In this document: one piece after another, positions 27,818 to 37,263 of the stretch
Numbering within the stretch: the stretch's first letter is position 1
Layout: each line of letters starts with the position of its first letter
Source of the DNA: Candidatus Microgenomates bacterium
GTDB taxonomy: Bacteria > Patescibacteriota > Microgenomatia > Levybacterales > UBA12049
Direction: 5' to 3'
Length of the DNA stretch: 64,000 bases
Assembly (NCBI GenBank): GCA_025451195.1
Contig: JANWKV010000017.1
Location: 2,471-66,470 of the forward strand
Program-made: the position numbers and the translations under genes
Notes under the pieces: generated by a model
Seen by the model: only the letters and a program-made list of their open reading frames with translations
Databases searched by the model: none
What the model was told of the DNA's origin: nothing

Positions 27818-29368
27818 ATGAAAAAATTTGCTTTAATTAGTGTTTTTGATAAAACAGATGTTGGTTTTTTTGCCAAAAAATTAATTGATCTGGATTATAC
27901 GATAACTTCAACTGGAGGAACTGCAAAAGCTTTAGAGAGTGAAGATATTCCTTTTGTGCCAATTCAAGAAATTACAGGAAACCCCGAAAGCTTTGATGGA
28001 AGGATGAAGACAATTAGTTTCCAAATAGAATCGGGAATTTTATATGACCGCACAAACAAGAAACATCTTAAAGAAGCGGAAGATTTAAACATTCTGCCAA
28101 TAGATATTGTTGTTTGCAATTTATACCCTTTTGAGAAAACAATTTCTAAAGAAAACGTTAATTTAGACGAAGCGGTTGAAAATATAGATGTTGGTGGACC
28201 AACAATGGTAAGAGCAGCTGCAAAAAATTTTAAGAATGTTTTGATTGTTGTTAACCCAAAAGATTATAAAGAAATAGAACAAAAACTGGAAAATAATAAT
28301 ATAGATGATGTTTTCAGGAAAAAATTAGCAGCAAAAGCATTTGCTCATTTATCATTTTACGATAGTCAAATAGCAACGTACCTTGGCGGCGAATTGTTTC
28401 CCGAAGAGATTACAATTCCGGGACGTAAATTAACAGACCTTCGATATGGAGAAAATCCTCACCAAAGAGGTGCGGTTTATGTAAAACCAGGATTTGATTC
28501 ATCTTTAAAAAATTTGGACAAAAAGTGGGGGAGGGAATTATCTCTAATTAATGTTAATGATATTAATGCAGGACTTGAATCAGTTAGACTTTTTAGAAAC
28601 CCGACTGCTGCAGTTATAAAACATAATAGTCCGTCAGGCATTGCACTTGGAGAAAATGCAAAGGAAGCTTTGAATCGGGCAATTGAGGCAGATCCTGAAT
28701 CCGCGTTTGGAGGAATAATTGTATTGAACGAACCTATGACACTTGACAGCGCGAAAGTTATAGGCAGTTTTAAAGAAGAAAAAAGAGGAAATATAGACAT
28801 TGTTGCAATTCCGGAAATTGATGATGATGCGCTTGAATATTTAACAAGGGTTAGAAAAACAATGGGAATTTATACATTTGGGAAAATTCCAAAAAGTCTT
28901 GATCCAGTTAACATTAAATGGATCGACGGAGGTTTTATTTTACAAACCGCAGATATAGACGTAGACAAAGGGTTTGAAAAGTGGAAAATTGTAACAAAAA
29001 AAACCCCAACCCAAAAACAAATGCAACAAATGGAAATAGCATGGAAATTTATAACAAGAATAAAATCAAATTCGGTAATTATTGTTGATAAAGATTTACC
29101 AATGACAAGAGGTATTGGATCTGGTCAAACATCACGCGTTAGATCCACAAAAATCGCACTCGAACAAGCCGGAAAATTTGGCAAAGATGCCATTTTGGCA
29201 AGCGACAGTTTTTTCCCTTTCCCCGACAGTATCCAGGCGGCCGGTAAAGCAGGTATTACCGCTGTTGTACAACAGGGAGGATCAATCAATGACCAAGCAT
29301 CTATTGACGAAGCGGATAAAAATGATATAACAATGGTATTCACAGGCCGGAGAGCTTTCTGGCATTAA
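27818..29368 (+). CDS. purH: Bifunctional AICAR transformylase / IMP cyclohydrolase. The start is taken at ATG 27818, 4 nt after the tyrS stop.
   Basis: MGS-like N-terminal domain (ALISVFDKTDV…TSTGGTAKAL) and AICARFT C-terminal domain. Confidence 0.9.
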   Translation: MKKFALISVFDKTDVGFFAKKLIDLDYTITSTGGTAKALESEDIPFVPIQEITGNPESFDGRMKTISFQIESGILYDRTNKKHLKEAEDLNILPIDIVVCNLYPFEKTISKENVNLDEAVENIDVGGPTMVRAAAKNFKNVLIVVNPKDYKEIEQKLENNNIDDVFRKKLAAKAFAHLSFYDSQIATYLGGELFPEEITIPGRKLTDLRYGENPHQRGAVYVKPGFDSSLKNLDKKWGRELSLINVNDINAGLESVRLFRNPTAAVIKHNSPSGIALGENAKEALNRAIEADPESAFGGIIVLNEPMTLDSAKVIGSFKEEKRGNIDIVAIPEIDDDALEYLTRVRKTMGIYTFGKIPKSLDPVNIKWIDGGFILQTADIDVDKGFEKWKIVTKKTPTQKQMQQMEIAWKFITRIKSNSVIIVDKDLPMTRGIGSGQTSRVRSTKIALEQAGKFGKDAILASDSFFPFPDSIQAAGKAGITAVVQQGGSINDQASIDEADKNDITMVFTGRRAFWH

Positions 29369-29370
29369 AT

Positions 29371-29478
29371 ATGGAAATATTTAGAAAACACTCTTGGATT
29401 TGGAAAGTAATCGTTATTGTCGCATCGTTAGCACTTATACTTGCGCCAATTTTGTCTTACTTACAGTTTCTTCAATAA
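29371..29478 (+). CDS. Possible 35-aa single-transmembrane small membrane protein (MEIFRKHSWIWKVIVIVASLALILAPILSYLQFLQ)
   Basis: Below the ORF-track size cutoff. Begins 3 nt after the purH stop. Hydrophobic core of ~20 aa. Confidence 0.3.
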   Translation: MEIFRKHSWIWKVIVIVASLALILAPILSYLQFLQ

Positions 29479-29482
29479 TTAA

Positions 29483-31516
29483 ATGAATTTTAATACACAG
29501 CTCGCAACCCTTGGCGGTGCTTTTAAGCTTTATGCAAAACGTCTGCAAAAATTAGGGATTTTTACAGTAAACGACCTTCTTTACCATATTCCATTTAGAT
29601 ATGAAGATTTTTCCAATATTTCAAAAATAAACAGGCTAAGTCTTGGGGAAATTACTACTCTTCAAGGGAAAGTTACCGAAATTAAAAATATATATACAAA
29701 AAATTTTAAAAAAATCCAGGAAGCTAGAATAGCTGATGAGACAGGATCTGTTGATACAATCTGGTTTAATCAACCTTTTTTAACCAGAGTTATTCATGCA
29801 GGTGATGAAATATCCATTTCAGGCAGAGCAGACTGGTATAACAGAAAAGTTTCCATGGTTTCTCCACAATATGAAATAGTTTATGAAAAAGATAATCTGG
29901 GAAATTTTAAAACAATCCATACAGGAAGATTTGTACCCGTATACTCTGAAACAAAAGGCGTAAGTTCCAAATGGTTGAGACGTCAAATTTATAAAATAAT
30001 TTACGAATATAAACTGATTCAAGAAGAGTATATTCCTTATCCAATATTAAAAGATCAAGATTTGATCGGAATAAACGAAGCAATTGAACAAATTCATTTC
30101 CCAAACAAATTAGAACAAACTGTTAAGGCAAAGCAAAGGTTATCGTTTGATGAGTTATTCCTGATGCTGCTTTCCGCGGAAAGCAGAAAGAAAAATTGGA
30201 GGAAAATTTTGAAAGGTAAAGCTTTTGAGGTTGAAAATTTTAAAACAAATATATCCCGTTTTTGGGAAAGTCTTCCATTTGATCTAACAAATGCACAACT
30301 TAAATCTATTCATGACATCTTAGCAGACGTCTCAAAAGAAACTCCAATGAATAGGCTTTTACAGGGGGACGTAGGTAGTGGAAAAACTGTTGTTGCAACA
30401 ATAATAATGTATTTAGCTTTTTTAAATAATATGCAGTCAATCCTTATGGCACCAACCCAAATTTTAGCCGAGCAACATTTTTCTACAATAAGCAAATTGC
30501 TCTCTCCGCTTAAAATTAGCGTTGAGCTGGCAACAGGTTCTGTAAAGCCAAAAAATAAATTTGATATTCTTGTTGGGACGCATGCCGTACTTTCGGAGAA
30601 AATTAATTTTGACAATTTGGGTCTTGTCGTAATTGACGAGCAACAAAGGTTTGGAGTGGAACAAAGGGCAATAATCAGAAAAAAAGGAGATAACCCCCAC
30701 GTCTTAACAATGACGGCAACACCAATTCCTAGAACAGTTGCTCTTACATTATACGGAGACTTGGATTTATCGGTTTTAGATGAAATGCCAAAAGGCAGAA
30801 AATTTATAAAAACATGGCTGGTGCCAAACGAAAAACGGGAGAACGGTTATAAATGGATGGAAAAAGAACTTAAAGAGAACAATTCGCAAGCATTTATTGT
30901 ATGCCCTTTTATTGAAGAGTCAGAAAGTATGACAACTGTAAAAGCGGCGACAAAAGAATTTGAAACTTTACAAAAAAATGTTTTCTCAAACCTTAAACTT
31001 GGGCTTTTGCATGGAAAAATGAAGGCAACCGAAAAATCAAAAATATTGGAAAAGTTTAGAAAGAATGAAATCGATATTTTAGTCGCAACGCCTGTTGTTG
31101 AGGTTGGTATTGATTTCCCCAATGCAACAATAATTGTAATTGAAGCGGCTGAAAGATTTGGACTTGCGGGACTTCACCAGTTAAGAGGGCGCGTTGGCAG
31201 GGGAGAAAAAAAATCATATTGTCTACTTTTTACAGAATCTTTAAACCCCGAAACAAAACAAAGATTAACAGCCATGGAAAAAATCCATAATGGGGCAGAG
31301 CTTGCAGAACTTGATTTACAACTGAGAGGCCCGGGAGAAATTTATGGGACAGTCCAAAGCGGAAAAAGAGTTTTAAAGGTTGCAACGTTTTCCGATTTGA
31401 CTCTTATTGAAAAGGCAAAAAGTGAAGCACAAAAAATTTTACCGGAAATTGACAAATATCCAATACTTTTAGCTAAAGTACAAAATACAAATGCCAAGGA
31501 AATTAGTCCGGACTAG
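29483..31516 (+). CDS. recG: ATP-dependent DNA helicase RecG
   Basis: Wedge/OB N-terminus; helicase motifs GDVGSGKT, VIDEQQRFGV, QLRGRVGRG. Confidence 0.85.
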   Translation: MNFNTQLATLGGAFKLYAKRLQKLGIFTVNDLLYHIPFRYEDFSNISKINRLSLGEITTLQGKVTEIKNIYTKNFKKIQEARIADETGSVDTIWFNQPFLTRVIHAGDEISISGRADWYNRKVSMVSPQYEIVYEKDNLGNFKTIHTGRFVPVYSETKGVSSKWLRRQIYKIIYEYKLIQEEYIPYPILKDQDLIGINEAIEQIHFPNKLEQTVKAKQRLSFDELFLMLLSAESRKKNWRKILKGKAFEVENFKTNISRFWESLPFDLTNAQLKSIHDILADVSKETPMNRLLQGDVGSGKTVVATIIMYLAFLNNMQSILMAPTQILAEQHFSTISKLLSPLKISVELATGSVKPKNKFDILVGTHAVLSEKINFDNLGLVVIDEQQRFGVEQRAIIRKKGDNPHVLTMTATPIPRTVALTLYGDLDLSVLDEMPKGRKFIKTWLVPNEKRENGYKWMEKELKENNSQAFIVCPFIEESESMTTVKAATKEFETLQKNVFSNLKLGLLHGKMKATEKSKILEKFRKNEIDILVATPVVEVGIDFPNATIIVIEAAERFGLAGLHQLRGRVGRGEKKSYCLLFTESLNPETKQRLTAMEKIHNGAELAELDLQLRGPGEIYGTVQSGKRVLKVATFSDLTLIEKAKSEAQKILPEIDKYPILLAKVQNTNAKEISPD

Positions 31517-31547
31517 TAATCTCTGATTACAAATCTAAAGTAATGCT

Positions 31548-31576
31548 TGTAAATAAAGCTAAAATTAGGTAAAATA
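31548..31576 (+). promoter_or_regulatory. Promoter-like element TTGTAA, 17 nt, TAAAAT upstream of rpmF
   Basis: Spacing and hexamers fit a sigma-70 promoter. The genome is AT-rich, so the chance-match rate is high. Confidence 0.3.
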
Positions 31577-31607
31577 TGAATTAGCTGAAAATTACAGCTA
31601 ACTCAAT

Positions 31608-31802
31608 ATGCCGCACGAACCAAAGAAAAGACATTCAAGGGAAAGAAAGGGAGAAAGAAGAGCAGCTATTAAATTGGCTGTTAAAAAATCTATAAAGTGC
31701 CCGAATTGCGGGGCAGCAACTTTACCGCATATGGTTTGTAAATCCTGCGGATTTTACAAAGGGCAGGAAGCGGTAAAAACTAAAAAACAGGCAGCAAAAT
31801 AA
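31608..31802 (+). CDS. rpmF: 50S ribosomal protein L32 (zinc-ribbon type)
   Basis: Basic N-terminus and CPNCG…CKSCG zinc ribbon, like Firmicutes-type L32. Confidence 0.75.
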   Translation: MPHEPKKRHSRERKGERRAAIKLAVKKSIKCPNCGAATLPHMVCKSCGFYKGQEAVKTKKQAAK

Positions 31803-31804
31803 CC

Positions 31805-32158
31805 ATGAAAAGTCCTCATGATCCCCGCCACATCAAAAGAAAAAAACTTTTGGAAGAACTATTCAGCCTTGAATTTCATAAACAACGTGTAAGTCCGGAA
31901 ACGGAAAAAATAATACTAAATACAAAAGTTATAGATGAAAAAATAACAAAAGCAGCTCCGGAATTTCCGGTTGAAAAAATAAACAAAGTAGACCTTGCAA
32001 TTTTAAGGCTTGCAATGTATGAACTTTTTATAAGTAAGGAGAGTCCGGCTAAAGTAATTATTGACGAGGCTATAGAACTTGCCAAAGAATACGGCGGAGA
32101 TACAAGCCCTGCATTTATAAACGGCGCACTTGGGCATATAACAACAAATGATAAATAA
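31805..32158 (+). CDS. nusB: Transcription antitermination factor NusB
   Basis: 117-aa helical protein, …LAMYELF…[14 protein letters not shown]…. Confidence 0.8.
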   Translation: MKSPHDPRHIKRKKLLEELFSLEFHKQRVSPETEKIILNTKVIDEKITKAAPEFPVEKINKVDLAILRLAMYELFISKESPAKVIIDEAIELAKEYGGDTSPAFINGALGHITTNDK

Positions 32159-32813
32159 TCTTCCAGAATTCAAAAATCAAAAACTATTTGACCAGGCATT
32201 TACGCACAGATCTTATCTTAACGAGGTAAAAGAAAATATAGACTCAAACGAACGACTAGAATTCTTAGGCGATAGTATTCTGTCTTTTCTTGTTTCCCGA
32301 TTTTTGTATCAAAAGTATCCGGATTTTAACGAGGGAGTTTTAACAAATATCCGTTCTCTTTTGGTAAATACAAGAAGTTTGGGGGAAACAGCCAAAAAAT
32401 TAGGGTTTGGAGACCTTTTAAAACTCTCCAAAGGCGAACATGAGGCACAAGGCAGGAAAAACCAAAGCCTTTTAGCCGACAGCTACGAAGCTTTTATTGG
32501 TGCTCTATTTTTAGATCAGGGGCTTGAAAAAGTAGCAGAATTTGTTAATGACTCGCTTCTGACAAGCGTTTCGGAATTGGTTGAGAAAAAAACGTTTAAA
32601 GATCCGAAAAGCCTACTTCAGGAGTATGCACAGTCAAAAAAGAAAGGCTCTCCATTGTATAAGGTTATTCTGGAAGAAGGGCCTGCACACGCAAAAGTAT
32701 TTACAGTTGCAGTCTACGTTTCGGGAAAACTTGTTGGAGAAGGAACAGGAAAATCCAAACAACAGGCTGAGGAACAGGCTGCAAGACAGGCTCTTGAGAA
32801 CGATGATAAATAA
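32148..32813 (+). CDS. rnc: Ribonuclease III
   Basis: [11 protein letters not shown] signature and a C-terminal dsRBD. Confidence 0.9.
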   Translation: MINNLPEFKNQKLFDQAFTHRSYLNEVKENIDSNERLEFLGDSILSFLVSRFLYQKYPDFNEGVLTNIRSLLVNTRSLGETAKKLGFGDLLKLSKGEHEAQGRKNQSLLADSYEAFIGALFLDQGLEKVAEFVNDSLLTSVSELVEKKTFKDPKSLLQEYAQSKKKGSPLYKVILEEGPAHAKVFTVAVYVSGKLVGEGTGKSKQQAEEQAARQALENDDK

Positions 32814-32829
32814 TGGTAAAATATAACTT

Positions 32830-33063
32830 ATGTCACTTGTAATAAGACTAATGCGAGTAGGGAAAAAAGGCGAAAGCAAATACCGCCTTGTTGTTAAGGA
32901 GAAACGGGACAGAAGAGACGGCAAAGCTGTTGAGTACCTGGGGTCTTTTGAAAAAATGGCAGGTGGAAAAAGTACTAAAAAAATTAATCTTAACAGAATA
33001 AAATATTGGCTATCTGTTGGAGCCAGACCAACGCCTACTGTTAAAAAAATTATAGAAGCATGA
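32830..33063 (+). CDS. rpsP: 30S ribosomal protein S16
   Basis: MSLVIRLMRVGKKGESKYRLVV…. Confidence 0.9.
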   Translation: MSLVIRLMRVGKKGESKYRLVVKEKRDRRDGKAVEYLGSFEKMAGGKSTKKINLNRIKYWLSVGARPTPTVKKIIEA

Positions 33064-33293
33064 AAGACACACTTTCCTTCTTAGTCAGTTCAATTGTTGA
33101 TAAGCCGGAGTCTGTTGTTATTGACGAAAACCTTGAAGAAGGAATTATAAATTTTGTCATTCACGTAGACAAAGACGATATAGGCAAAGTTATTGGGAAA
33201 GAAGGAAAGGTCATAAGAGCATTAAGGAATGCAATGAAAATACCCGCAATAAAGCAAAATAAAAGAATCCATATTACCGTTGGAGAAGAATAA
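33060..33293 (+). CDS. KH-domain RNA-binding protein (YlqC/UPF0109 family)
   Basis: IGKVIGKEGKVIRALR is a KH GXXG loop. Its position after rpsP is conserved. Confidence 0.75.
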   Translation: MKDTLSFLVSSIVDKPESVVIDENLEEGIINFVIHVDKDDIGKVIGKEGKVIRALRNAMKIPAIKQNKRIHITVGEE

Positions 33294-33321
33294 ACAGAAC
33301 CTTTAAAATACCTGCGACCAC

Positions 33322-34029
33322 ATGAAAATATCAATCCTCACGCTTTTTCCGGAAATGTTTACCGGCCCACTAACAGAATCAATTATAAAAAGAGCAAGAG
33401 AAAAGAAATTAGTGGAAATTGAATTTTGCAATATCCGTGATTTTGGAATCGGAAAACACAAAGCAGTTGATGACAAACCGTTTGGCGGTGGAACCGGAAT
33501 GGTTATGAGAGTTGATGTTTTAGATAAAGCTATCAAAAATGTCAGGCAAAATGGGCTGAATAAATTCCAAGAAAAATGTGTGTTACTTGATGCCAGAGGA
33601 AAAGTTTTTATGCAGAGTGTTTCAAAATCGTTTTCAAAACTGGAACATCTAATTTTAGTATGCGGTCATTATGAAGGCGTTGACGAAAGGGTAAGAAGCC
33701 TAGTGGATGATGTTGTGTCAATTGGGGATTTTATTATAACAGGTGGAGAAATCCCTGCCATGATAATTGTTGATTCTGTTGTACGGCTTATTCCCGGTGT
33801 TTTAAAAGAAAATGCAACAAGTTACGAATCTTTTTCTTTAGCAGGTTTTGATGAAAAAAAAAATCTGGAATATCCTCAGTATACGCTGCCAAGAGATTAT
33901 AACTCTCTTTCCGTGCCAAATGTCCTTTTATCCGGCAACCATAAAGAAATTGAGAATTGGAAAAAGGAACAATCAATCTTAATTACAAAAAAACATAGGC
34001 CGGATCTTTTGGAAAATATTAAAGATTAA
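33322..34029 (+). CDS. trmD: tRNA (guanine37-N1)-methyltransferase
   Basis: ILTLFPEMF…, GGGTGMVM, SPOUT knot motifs. Its 3' end overlaps the convergent pilO-like gene by 11 bp. Confidence 0.9.
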   Translation: MKISILTLFPEMFTGPLTESIIKRAREKKLVEIEFCNIRDFGIGKHKAVDDKPFGGGTGMVMRVDVLDKAIKNVRQNGLNKFQEKCVLLDARGKVFMQSVSKSFSKLEHLILVCGHYEGVDERVRSLVDDVVSIGDFIITGGEIPAMIIVDSVVRLIPGVLKENATSYESFSLAGFDEKKNLEYPQYTLPRDYNSLSVPNVLLSGNHKEIENWKKEQSILITKKHRPDLLENIKD

Positions 34030-34699
34030 TGAGTGAATTTGAAGACGGCGGCAGTACAATTGACTCTTGAAGAGTTTGCAATAATTTCTTTTCCTGATCG
34101 CTAAGGACATTAACTGTTGTAATATTATCATTAAGAGATACGTTTGGGAACGGCTTAAAGTAGAAGACAGAAACAATAGTTACGGTATTATTTGAGATTT
34201 GTATATCAGCAATATCAGAAATTGGAGCTTGTTTTTTTAGTGATGAAATAAATTTTTTTGCTTCGGTAACGCCTCCGGTAATACTTAACCTAATTTGGAT
34301 TGTATTCCCGTTAGCTCCAGTTTTTGACAAATCACCAACATCAAAACTATAGTCTCCAAGCGCAGTGCCCGAAATAATTGCCGCTTGAGAAATAGCATTT
34401 AAAACTCCAATGTAATCCTTGTTTTGTGGCAATACCTGTGAAAGAAAAAGGATCTCGTTGTTTAAAATATCATCGTTGGTATTTGAAACAATATCAATGT
34501 TTTTGTTAAGTTGATCAATTTTTTGTATTGAGCTGCTCACCTGACTTCTAACAGAAACCCACTCTTGAATTTGCGGGAAAATTGCTTCAACAATAATTAC
34601 AATACATACTGCAAAAATAATGACTGGAGCTATAAACTGCTTATTTCTGTAGTATATTATCCTGAGTGTTGTTTGATTTACTGGAGAAGGTTTATTCAT
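34019..34699 (-). CDS. Type IV pilus assembly protein, PilO-like
   Basis: N-terminal transmembrane segment then coiled coil. Position after PilN. Confidence 0.5.
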   Translation of the reverse strand: MNKPSPVNQTTLRIIYYRNKQFIAPVIIFAVCIVIIVEAIFPQIQEWVSVRSQVSSSIQKIDQLNKNIDIVSNTNDDILNNEILFLSQVLPQNKDYIGVLNAISQAAIISGTALGDYSFDVGDLSKTGANGNTIQIRLSITGGVTEAKKFISSLKKQAPISDIADIQISNNTVTIVSVFYFKPFPNVSLNDNITTVNVLSDQEKKLLQTLQESIVLPPSSNSLINL

Positions 34700-35232
34700 A
34701 ATAATGTTACATCAAGTACTAAAATATATTTCCCCGATTGAATGTCGCCAACCAAACTCGAAACTGTAACTTTTTGAAAAATATGATTTTTGTTTATGTT
34801 ATTTATTATGTAATCTAAAAATGAATTTACTGAAAGCAAAGACGATGAAGAAACTGTAACGTTTAGACTATTTTTTGTAACCTCGAAAGAATCGAATTTT
34901 GAATCTTGCGGCAAAGCGCTAGAAACATTTACAAGAATATCTTCGTATGATTTGCTCTTTTTTTGAATATCCGAAATACTTTCAATTCTATCTTTAATTA
35001 AGGTCATTTTTACTATTTTCTTTTGTTGAGTGTGCAGCGTTTGATTTAAACTGTCTTCTTTTTTAGACAAAGTACCAAGTTCTGACGTACTGTTAAGAAC
35101 AAACAAACCAACAGAAGCAATAACACAAAGGCCTAAGAAAATATATGCAACTTTCTTTATATTCCCAGCCTGTCTATATGATATTGACGATTCTTTTCTT
35201 CTTGAAGATATTAAATTAACTTCTTTACTCAT
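34696..35232 (-). CDS. Type IV pilus assembly protein, PilN-like
   Basis: Single transmembrane segment then coiled coil. Follows pilM with a 4/8-bp overlap. Confidence 0.55.
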   Translation of the reverse strand: MSKEVNLISSRRKESSISYRQAGNIKKVAYIFLGLCVIASVGLFVLNSTSELGTLSKKEDSLNQTLHTQQKKIVKMTLIKDRIESISDIQKKSKSYEDILVNVSSALPQDSKFDSFEVTKNSLNVTVSSSSLLSVNSFLDYIINNINKNHIFQKVTVSSLVGDIQSGKYILVLDVTLL

Positions 35233-36259
35233 AATCTCTCATTGCAAGACCAACCCCAATTGTGTAAGACGGGGCATCATCGAGGATCTCTTTTGGTACT
35301 TCTTGGGGAATTAAAACTTTCCATGGATTTGCAATTTCTGTTTCAATGCCTGTTGCGTTAACAAAAAAACTGTTAATTCCGGGAAGCTTTGCCGTTCCAC
35401 CTGTAATAACAATTTGCTTTATAGGATCTGTAACATACTTTCCATTATAGTAAACAATTGCTTTTTTAACTTCAGAAATAATTGATGACAAAACAGGTTG
35501 GGTTGCTTTACCAATTTTCCCTTCAAAATTTTTATTAGACAAACCGTATGCTTTCTTATATTCTTCTGCCTGAGCAAGTGAAAACCCAAAGTCTGCCGCT
35601 ATCGCGCGAGAAAGAGCAACACCACCGGTTGGTAAAGAATAGGTGAAAATAAGCGTTCCGCTCCTAACAATTGCCAATGATGTATGGAGAGCCCCGATGT
35701 TTACAATCAGCGATGAGGGAAATTTATTCTGGCCAATGACAATTGAACGTATCGCGGAAAGAATTTCTGTTTCAAGTACGTTAATTGTAATACCGGCAGT
35801 AGCTAAAATTCTCTCATATTTGTCTATCAGAACCGTCGGGGCACCGACTAAAAGAACATCCATTTTTGGGTTTGGCTCGGTTGGATCCGGACGGCGCAAA
35901 ACCTTATAATCAAGAGTAACACTTGTAAGAGAAACCGGAATATATTGCTCGGCTTCCCAATAAATTGCCGATGCCAACTCTTTGTCGGATAACACCGGCA
36001 TTTCTATTACTCTCGTATAAACCTGACTTTCAGGTAATGCAACATTTGCCATACGGGTTGAAATTTGAGCGTCAGACAGTAATTTTGAAAGGGTTTGTGC
36101 CATTTCTTCCTGATCAAGAGGAGATTCGGAAAGAAGTCCTTTTGCAGGAGCAGGGACTGTTAATACCGAATTAAGAAGGTATCCTTCTTTTTGTTTATCG
36201 AGCCAAACAACTTTTATTGTTGTCGCGCCAATATCAATACCAAAAACTTTATTTTTCAT
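35225..36259 (-). CDS. pilM: Type IV pilus assembly ATPase-fold protein PilM. The start is taken at MKNKVFGIDIG.
   Basis: Actin-like ATPase fold (VFGIDIGATTIKVV…). Confidence 0.8.
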   Translation of the reverse strand: MKNKVFGIDIGATTIKVVWLDKQKEGYLLNSVLTVPAPAKGLLSESPLDQEEMAQTLSKLLSDAQISTRMANVALPESQVYTRVIEMPVLSDKELASAIYWEAEQYIPVSLTSVTLDYKVLRRPDPTEPNPKMDVLLVGAPTVLIDKYERILATAGITINVLETEILSAIRSIVIGQNKFPSSLIVNIGALHTSLAIVRSGTLIFTYSLPTGGVALSRAIAADFGFSLAQAEEYKKAYGLSNKNFEGKIGKATQPVLSSIISEVKKAIVYYNGKYVTDPIKQIVITGGTAKLPGINSFFVNATGIETEIANPWKVLIPQEVPKEILDDAPSYTIGVGLAMRDYE

Positions 36260-36260
36260 T

Positions 36261-37151
36261 TTATTGTGAAGATAAAACAGAGAATATGTATGCCGAAGGA
36301 ACACTGTCCCAAGTTTCAAAATATGTTACCTGGCGCTGGGCTGATCCTGCCTGGCCTTGGGAAACTATAAGTTGTCCCTCTCCGGTATTAGGCAAAACCG
36401 GAGAACTGGCGGCAATTGATATTCCAACTTTTGAATTGGCAAACAGTGGAATTATTCTTGCAAATAAAATATTATTTATAGTAAACGAATTTGAAGAGAG
36501 AAAATTTACCCCTGAACCGTTAAAGTTTGTGGCTCCGGCAGCATTTGGCAAAGGGAAGTTGGTACTTCTGCCGCTTGAGCAGCCGTTTTCAACCGGATAT
36601 CTGGCTATTTTTAAATCCGAAGCAGTTCTACTTGTACCTGTAATTACAACCAATTCTACAGCGGAAAAATTACAATATTGCGTTGCCGGAGGAGTAGCTC
36701 CTGTATAATCACCCCAATAAACCGTAAAAGTACCGCTCCAATTGGACGTATAAAGCTTTGTCGGATCCGGATCAAATTTTGTAAACCAGATATCCGTCCC
36801 TTCGTCTTTTGATATAGGATCTCCGTTATTTAATAATGCTATTCTGGTTCCCTGTCCAACATATGTTCTGCTAATTGATGTTATTGATGATCCGTTGTTA
36901 AATTGTTGACCAATTGAAGGATTTTGATTTGTGGCTTGTAAGTATTGTTCTATCCCTGCCTCTGCCGCAGAAAATGCTTTTTGGGAGTTAGCTTCTTCGG
37001 AACCCATTTTTAGATTAGTTATTGTCCGGGACGCTATAGATAACCCAACTGTTAAAGCAATAACCATAATAAGAACAACAATAAGAAAAGCTTGCCCCAG
37101 CTGGCGAGGCGTTGAGGATAAGTTTTTTTGTGAGCCCTGAATCACATGCAT
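36261..37151 (-). CDS. Membrane-anchored Ser/Thr/Gly/Asn-rich surface protein encoded in the pilus locus (not a canonical prepilin)
   Basis: N-terminal hydrophobic anchor RQLGQAFLIVVLIMVIALTVG without the G-F-T-L-x-E prepilin motif. The rest is low-complexity and looks extracellular. Confidence 0.4.
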   Translation of the reverse strand: MHVIQGSQKNLSSTPRQLGQAFLIVVLIMVIALTVGLSIASRTITNLKMGSEEANSQKAFSAAEAGIEQYLQATNQNPSIGQQFNNGSSITSISRTYVGQGTRIALLNNGDPISKDEGTDIWFTKFDPDPTKLYTSNWSGTFTVYWGDYTGATPPATQYCNFSAVELVVITGTSRTASDLKIARYPVENGCSSGRSTNFPLPNAAGATNFNGSGVNFLSSNSFTINNILFARIIPLFANSKVGISIAASSPVLPNTGEGQLIVSQGQAGSAQRQVTYFETWDSVPSAYIFSVLSSQ

Positions 37152-37263
37152 GAATTTAGCGTAACAAGCTGGTCAATGTCTGTCAACTATATTCCTTAAC
37201 TTAAAATTTATAAACAGGATATGTTTTGTGCCATATGCCATAAAACCAAATATGACAGGTATC

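Noticed and set aside
35643-37140. Plus-strand ORFs (35643-35909, 35965-36174, 36217-36708, 36931-37140, 37605-37820, 37877-38107, 38178-38708, 39332-39514, 40500-40997, 43204-43392, 44507-44740, 45397-45990) inside the pilus locus
   Set aside because: All are antisense to minus-strand genes with clear T4P homology and conserved motifs. They are shadow ORFs.
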